Below, piece by piece: positions 17,106-21,405 of a stretch of DNA of 21,405 nucleotides. The DNA comes from Caldisericaceae bacterium (GTDB lineage Bacteria; Caldisericota; Caldisericia; Caldisericales; Caldisericaceae). How positions within the stretch are numbered: the stretch's first letter is position 1; each line of letters starts with the position of its first letter. Both the position numbers and the translations under genes were made by a program. A model generated the notes under the pieces. It was not told where the DNA came from. It searched no databases and was given only the letters and a program-made list of their open reading frames with translations. Where the stretch lies: contig JBMFRX010000019.1 in assembly GCA_049967855.1 (NCBI GenBank), positions 1-21,405 of the forward strand, in the 5' to 3' direction.

Positions 17106-17629
17106 TGAAAGAGTTAAAAAGCTGGATTTTAATTATTGTAATTGCGTTTCTTTTGTCATTTCTCATACGCACTTACGTAATCCAGCCTTATAGAGTTGAT
17201 ATGACATCGATGGTCAACACACTCCATCCTAATGACCTTGTGCTTGTTGATAAACTTTCGTACAGGTTTCATACTCCGCGACGAGGAGATATAATAGTTT
17301 TTCAGCCTCCTCTTGATACGAAAGACAAATATATCAAAAGGGTAATCGGGCTCCCTGGAGAAACAGTCGAAATCAAAAATGACGTTGTTTATATTGATGG
17401 TAAACCTCTCAATGAGCCGTATTTAGGTTCTCCAATGCTGGGAGATATGCCTCCTACAAAGATTCCTGAAGGCTCTGTTTTTGCGATGGGAGACAACAGG
17501 AGCGTCAGTCTTGATTCAAGGAGCTTTGGGCCAGTTAAGATTTCGAGCATAGTTGGTAAGGCCGTTGTTGTTTATTGGCCGCTCAACCATCTTGAAACCT
17601 TGTGTGCCTTCAGTGGTGAGCAACCGTAG
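17105..17629 (+). CDS. lepB: Signal peptidase I
   Basis: N-terminal TM, TSMVNTL (catalytic Ser), YIKRVIGLPG (catalytic Lys), MGDNRSVSLDSR; usual position after rplS. Confidence 0.95.
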   Translation: MKELKSWILIIVIAFLLSFLIRTYVIQPYRVDMTSMVNTLHPNDLVLVDKLSYRFHTPRRGDIIVFQPPLDTKDKYIKRVIGLPGETVEIKNDVVYIDGKPLNEPYLGSPMLGDMPPTKIPEGSVFAMGDNRSVSLDSRSFGPVKISSIVGKAVVVYWPLNHLETLCAFSGEQP

Positions 17630-18230
17630 ATTGACCATCGGTATAGACGAAGCAGGCCGAGGCCCTCTTGCAGGACCAGTTGTTGCTGCTGCAGTAATAA
17701 TCGACAAGAAAATTGAAGGAGTAAAAGATTCAAAAACCCTTTCCCCCGAGGCAAGGGATTTTTTGTTTGATTTGATAATTAAGAATGCAATTGCTTTTGG
17801 CATAGGAGTGAGCTCGCAGGCAGAGATTGATTCCATAAATATTCTGCAAGCAACATTCCTTTCAATGCGCAGAGCCGTGGATTCTCTCCATATGTGCTAC
17901 AGATTGAAGCACGGCAAAGATATTGCCAAGGCGATAGTACTTGTTGATGGCAACAAGACTATTCCAATGCTGGATAATGCACAGAAGGCTATCGTCGATG
18001 GCGATGCCAGTGTTTATGAGATTAGTGCGGCTTCTATCGTTGCAAAGGTCACAAGGGACAGAATTATGGAATCGCTTGCCAAAAAATATCCACAATATGG
18101 ATTTGAGCGGCACAAGGGATACGCTACAGCTGAACATAGGAAAGCAATCCTCAAGTATGGACCGTGCGAGATTCACAGAAAAACATTTCTGAGAAAGCTT
18201 TATGAAAACGAACAAAAACTCTTTGGGTAA
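17616..18230 (+). CDS. rnhB: Ribonuclease HII
   Basis: GIDEAGRGPLAGPVV, DSK, VDGN, AASIVAKVTRD, HKGY, HRKTF. The start is uncertain (GTG 17613/17616 or TTG 17631). Confidence 0.95.
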   Translation: MSNRRLTIGIDEAGRGPLAGPVVAAAVIIDKKIEGVKDSKTLSPEARDFLFDLIIKNAIAFGIGVSSQAEIDSINILQATFLSMRRAVDSLHMCYRLKHGKDIAKAIVLVDGNKTIPMLDNAQKAIVDGDASVYEISAASIVAKVTRDRIMESLAKKYPQYGFERHKGYATAEHRKAILKYGPCEIHRKTFLRKLYENEQKLFG

Positions 18231-18549
18231 ATGGGGCGAAGACATTGCAGTCAAATATCTTGCATCCCTGGGAATGAAGACTATCGGAAGAAACATAAGA
18301 ACGCCTTTTGGAGAAATTGACGTTGTTTGTAAAGATAGGAAGAAGTTGTATTTTGTAGAAGTAAAAACACGAACCAGTGAGAAATTCGGCTTGCCTTTAG
18401 AGGCAATCACGGGCCTGAAAAAAGAGCATATGGCAAATTCGGCTCTTTATTACTTGAAGGGAGAAGCTGTTGATTTTGAAATAGGAGTTGTTACAATATT
18501 AAAAGGAGAAAGTGATTATAAAATTGAATATATTAAAGACATTTTTTAA
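18202..18549 (+). CDS. yraN: YraN family (UPF0102) PD-(D/E)xK nuclease-like protein
   Basis: LGKWGEDIA..YL, GEIDVV, FVEVKTR; usual position after rnhB. Confidence 0.9.
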   Translation: MKTNKNSLGKWGEDIAVKYLASLGMKTIGRNIRTPFGEIDVVCKDRKKLYFVEVKTRTSEKFGLPLEAITGLKKEHMANSALYYLKGEAVDFEIGVVTILKGESDYKIEYIKDIF

Positions 18550-18551
18550 AT

Positions 18552-18626
18552 TGGCTGGGGCGGAAGGATTCGAACCTTCGAATGACGGATCCAAAGTCCG
18601 TTGCCTTACCACTTGGCTACGCCCCA
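18552..18626 (-). tRNA. tRNA-Gln (anticodon TTG)
   Basis: Minus strand TGGGGCG TA GCC AAGTGGTAA GGC A ACGGA CT-TTG-GA TCCGT CATTC GAAGG TTCGAAT CCTTC CGCCCCA G CCA: a 75-nt cloverleaf with encoded CCA. Confidence 0.97.
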
Positions 18627-18635
18627 ACGCTATAT

Positions 18636-18663
18636 ATTTTACAGAAATAGAAGGAGTTGTCAA
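18636..18663 (-). promoter_or_regulatory. Predicted promoter of tRNA-Gln, overlapping the rnj ribosome-binding site on the other strand
   Basis: Minus strand TTGACA (18663-18658), 16-bp spacer, TAAAAT (18641-18636). Confidence 0.7.
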
Positions 18664-18669
18664 TAGCAA

Positions 18670-20334
18670 ATGAATGAAGAACTGAAAATAATTCCACTTG
18701 GTGGAATAGGAGAAATTGGCAAGAACTCAACTTTGCTTGAGCTCGATAATGAGTTGATACTGATAGATTGTGGTTTTAAGTTTCCCCCTGCCGATATGCC
18801 AGGAGTAGACTTTGTTATTCCAGACTTTTCTTACATTGCCAAGAGGAAAGCAAATCTCAAGGCGGTGCTTCTCACACACGGGCACCTCGACCACATTGGA
18901 GCTTTAAGTTACCTTATTGAGGAGGCAAAACCGCAGTTCATAATTGGTTCTGACCTCACTTTGGGGCTTGTGAAGGAGTCCGTAAAGAATAAATCCTCGA
19001 TTGAATTCAGAGTGGTCAAGAGCGGGGATGTTTTCAATATTGGAAAGTTTTCTTTCCAGTTTGTGCGTATGACGCACAGTATTCCTGGTAGCTTTGGAAT
19101 CGCTGTAAAAACATCTCAAGGCAGCGTATTTTTTACAGGGGATTACAAAATCGATGCAACTCCAGTTGACGGAAAGCCGATGGACATTGTTCTTCTTGAG
19201 AATTTGAGAAAGGAAGGGCTTACTGCTCTTTTTTCTGACAGCACCAATGCTGATGAGCCAGGGCTAACGGGTTCGGAATCTATTGTTGGACAGAATCTCT
19301 TGAAGATTTTTGAGAAGGCTCCTGGAAGGATTATCGTATCAACATTCTCAACAAACATTCACAGAATCCAGCAGATAATTGATGTTTCTGAGAGAACCAA
19401 AAGGAAAGTTTTCTTTGACGGAAGAAGCCTTGTAGAATCAGTAAAGATTGCAAGCAAACTTGGTTATTTAAGGGTTCCCAAAGATATAGAAGCAAACATT
19501 GCGAATATCTCATCAATACCCAAGAAGGAAATGACGCTTATAACGACAGGTACGCAGGGAGAGCCAATGTCTGGAATGGTAAGAATTTCAAATGGGATGC
19601 ACAATGGAATCAGAATAGCCAAAGGAGACTCTGTCTTGATATCTGGTGACCCGATTCCTGGCAACGAAAGAGTTGTCTCAGACACAGTGAACAAACTTTT
19701 TAAACTTGGAGCAATTGTCTATTACAGGAAAACTGATGGAATACACGTTTCTGGGCACTGTTCCCAGGAGGATATCCGTTTCTTGATAAATTTACTGAAG
19801 CCTAAATACTTCATCCCTGTTCACGGGGAATTTAAACATCTTGTCTTTTCGAAGGGAATTGCTGAGCAAGAAGGTATTCCTTCAAACAACATCTTCCTCC
19901 TTGAAAACGGTATGGGTGTTGGAATCTCAAAAGGTAAAATGAGAAGGCTTCCACGGATTCAATCAGGCGAGGTTATCGTCGAGGGAAATATCAGGATTCC
20001 AATCAAGGAAGACAAGGAAATTGAGCATATAATTGAGAGAAAAGAGATGGCACATAAAGGGGTTGTTTTTGCAGTTGCGGTGGTCAACAGTCGTGGTGAG
20101 ATTATTCAGCCAATCCATATAGAGACTCGTGGGCTGGTACTTCCAAAAGGGACCGAGGGTGAGATTCTTAAAAAAACTAAGGAAAAAGTAGTTGAAACAA
20201 TTAGAAAAATGATTAAAATACATACGCAGGAAGAAATCGAATCGGCAGTTGAAGAAGTGATAAAGAAAATATTCAAGGATAGCGCCAAAAGGTCTCCGAC
20301 TGTGTTTACGGTTATAGTTAAAGAGAAGAAATAG
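18670..20334 (+). CDS. rnj: Ribonuclease J
   Basis: IIPLGGIGEIGKN, metallo-beta-lactamase motif THGHLDHIG, THSIP, FTGDYK, DSTNA, TGTQGEP, HVSGH, PVHGE. Confidence 0.96.
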   Translation: MNEELKIIPLGGIGEIGKNSTLLELDNELILIDCGFKFPPADMPGVDFVIPDFSYIAKRKANLKAVLLTHGHLDHIGALSYLIEEAKPQFIIGSDLTLGLVKESVKNKSSIEFRVVKSGDVFNIGKFSFQFVRMTHSIPGSFGIAVKTSQGSVFFTGDYKIDATPVDGKPMDIVLLENLRKEGLTALFSDSTNADEPGLTGSESIVGQNLLKIFEKAPGRIIVSTFSTNIHRIQQIIDVSERTKRKVFFDGRSLVESVKIASKLGYLRVPKDIEANIANISSIPKKEMTLITTGTQGEPMSGMVRISNGMHNGIRIAKGDSVLISGDPIPGNERVVSDTVNKLFKLGAIVYYRKTDGIHVSGHCSQEDIRFLINLLKPKYFIPVHGEFKHLVFSKGIAEQEGIPSNNIFLLENGMGVGISKGKMRRLPRIQSGEVIVEGNIRIPIKEDKEIEHIIERKEMAHKGVVFAVAVVNSRGEIIQPIHIETRGLVLPKGTEGEILKKTKEKVVETIRKMIKIHTQEEIESAVEEVIKKIFKDSAKRSPTVFTVIVKEKK

Positions 20335-20340
20335 ATTGAA

Positions 20341-20427
20341 GCGGGAGTGGCGGAATTGGCAGACGCGCTGGATTCAGGTTCCAGTGGGGTAATCCCAATG
20401 GGGGTTCAACTCCCCCCTCCCGCACCA
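20341..20427 (+). tRNA. tRNA-Leu (anticodon CAG)
   Basis: GCGGGAG TG GCGGAATTGGCAGACGC G CTGGA TT-CAG-GT TCCAG, long variable arm, GGGGG TTCAACT CCCCC CTCCCGC A CCA: an 87-nt class II tRNA. Confidence 0.95.
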
Positions 20428-21034
20428 TACTTGCCGAATTTGCCCTTAAAACCTTTTTATGCCTTGTTTTCTTTCCGTTGTTCCAATCAATTTCAATAGA
20501 ATCATCGTAAATTGCTATTCTCTGAATGACTATATTCCACAGTCTTTTTCGTTCTTCCCGGTTTGTATAAGGATAGATTTATTCAATCTGTTTAAAGTAT
20601 TGAGTAACATTTTGACTCTGCACAGTTTTTTTCTGTTGGTGTAATAGCTCAATCTTTTCCTTTTGTAATTGCTCAATCTTTTTCCTTATCTTATCCTTTG
20701 GTAAAGTCTCTATATCTAAATCTAAAACTTTTTCTATCTTTGAGTCTATCCGTTTTATTTCTTTTTCTATATTAACCTCTCTTGTCTGTTCAGATATCGA
20801 TGTATCAAAAATATGCCCGATATTTTCCAAGAGTAAACTTTCAAGAAAATCCTCATCTATTTTTCGATAACAGTGTATACCTTCAGTAACAAGTGGCACA
20901 CATTTATAAAAGTATTTTATTGTCTTATTTTTCCTAGCATAAAATGAATAGTTATGTTTGCAGTAAGGGCAGTAGATCAACTTCTGGAAAATAGCAATAT
21001 GCTTTGTTGGTCTCTGTCCTTTTTTGTATTTTTT
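20428..21034. mobile_element. Remnant of an integrative element inserted at the 3' end of tRNA-Leu
   Basis: An integrase remnant directly abuts the tRNA 3' end and the sequence is visibly more AT-rich after 20428. The right boundary is not determined. Confidence 0.65.
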
Positions 21035-21254
21035 CTGCACCGAAATTTTCACTAACAAATCTTATGGGCACTAGCGTCCTTCCCTTAATAATTTGTGGTG
21101 GAACATCCAAACTAACAGGTACTCCATCAACATATGCTGTGCTGTTACCAATCTGTATAGTCACTAAGACTTTGTCAGATTCACCACTAGTTCCAGGAAT
21201 GCAAAGCAATGAAACAAACAAAAGAACTAATACCAACGAAAAAACTTTTCTCAT
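20952..21254 (-). pseudogene. Truncated secreted stalk (copper amine oxidase-N) domain protein, broken at about 21033 where it joins the recombinase remnant
   Basis: AAGGAGG RBS, signal peptide, then VTIQIGNSTAYVDG..LDVPPQIIKGRTLVPIRFVSENFGAE. Similarity to the intact domain near 14300-14600 ends abruptly, and the remaining residues are the out-of-frame recombinase sequence. Confidence 0.75.
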
Positions 21255-21283
21255 TTCTAACCCTCCTTTTATTCCTTATTTTA

Positions 21284-21311
21284 ATTATATGAAATTGAAG
21301 TTCAAGCTCAA
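21284..21311 (-). promoter_or_regulatory. Predicted promoter of the truncated stalk-domain gene
   Basis: Minus strand TTGAGC (21311-21306), 16-bp spacer, TATAAT (21289-21284). Confidence 0.6.
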
Positions 21312-21405
21312 ATATCAAGGATTATTTACTACTCATTCTAAAACTATCAGAAATGCTTGTAGTATATATTAGAGGTGGCGAAGGGACAAGGCATTAAAGA
21401 GATTG

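Larger units (their letters stand above)
20318..21034 (-). pseudogene. Large serine recombinase (integrase) C-terminal remnant with an internal stop; the frame continues antisense through tRNA-Leu
   Basis: Zinc ribbon FQKLIYCPYC...YFYKC...HC.RKIDEDFLE and a coiled coil, then TAA at 20581-20579. The same frame continues IYPYTNREERKRLWNIVIQRIAIYDDSIEIDW, a typical LSR C-terminus, and reaches the next stop at 20320-20318. The catalytic and recombinase domains are absent. Confidence 0.8.

Noticed and set aside
17862..18410. 182-aa minus-strand ORF over rnhB/yraN
   Set aside because: Antisense shadow of two well-supported genes, with no motif or RBS.
20385..20400. Slightly unusual tRNA-Leu variable arm (TGGGGTAATCCCAAT) as the recombination crossover point
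   Set aside because: It still folds as a normal class II arm, and it cannot be judged without the empty-site allele or the second att site.
20579..20581. Possible programmed readthrough or codon reassignment at the in-frame TAA
   Set aside because: TAA is a normal stop for many genes in this window and the recombinase has also lost its N-terminus, so decay or a sequencing error is simpler.
20579..21058. 159-aa ORF as an intact stand-alone zinc-ribbon protein
   Set aside because: Its first codons come from the stalk gene, it has no RBS, and homology continues past the stop; it is treated as a pseudogene fragment.
21004..21372. 122-aa plus-strand ORF
   Set aside because: Antisense to the stalk-domain gene, which has the promoter, RBS and domain similarity.
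1..21405. CRISPR arrays, IS elements, rRNA, long DNA repeats
   Set aside because: None were seen by eye; repeats are evident only at the protein level (Asp-boxes, stalk domains).

Overview
Bacterial chromosomal window that is mostly core and metabolic genes. Three proteins carrying a copper-amine-oxidase-N ('stalk') domain suggest a Caldisericia-like organism (inference). From left to right: (1) a type II ABC importer (stalk-fused binding protein, ATPase, MolB/FecCD-like permease); (2) an SDH-family Clp-fold protease, a DUF2892 protein, a GNAT and a zincin-like peptidase; (3) a four-subunit Thermococcales-type dye-linked L-proline dehydrogenase-like operon (pdhA-F-X-B). On the minus strand follow (4) a CDF metal exporter / ChrB-C / MFS operon behind a very compact NiCo (czcD) riboswitch, (5) two orphan carbohydrate ABC permeases, and (6) a secreted double-HKD PLD-family enzyme coupled to a stalk-anchored Asp-box beta-propeller. 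Then come (7) rplS-lepB-rnhB-yraN, an antisense tRNA-Gln, rnj and tRNA-Leu, and (8) an AT-rich decayed integrative element whose large serine recombinase frame runs into the tRNA-Leu antisense strand. The most notable signals are the minimal NiCo riboswitch with an apparent translational (anti-SD) platform, a consistent 16-bp -35/-10 spacer in seven predicted promoters, and the tRNA-Leu-associated serine integrase remnant. No database searches or folding programs were run; family calls rest on motifs I recognise.
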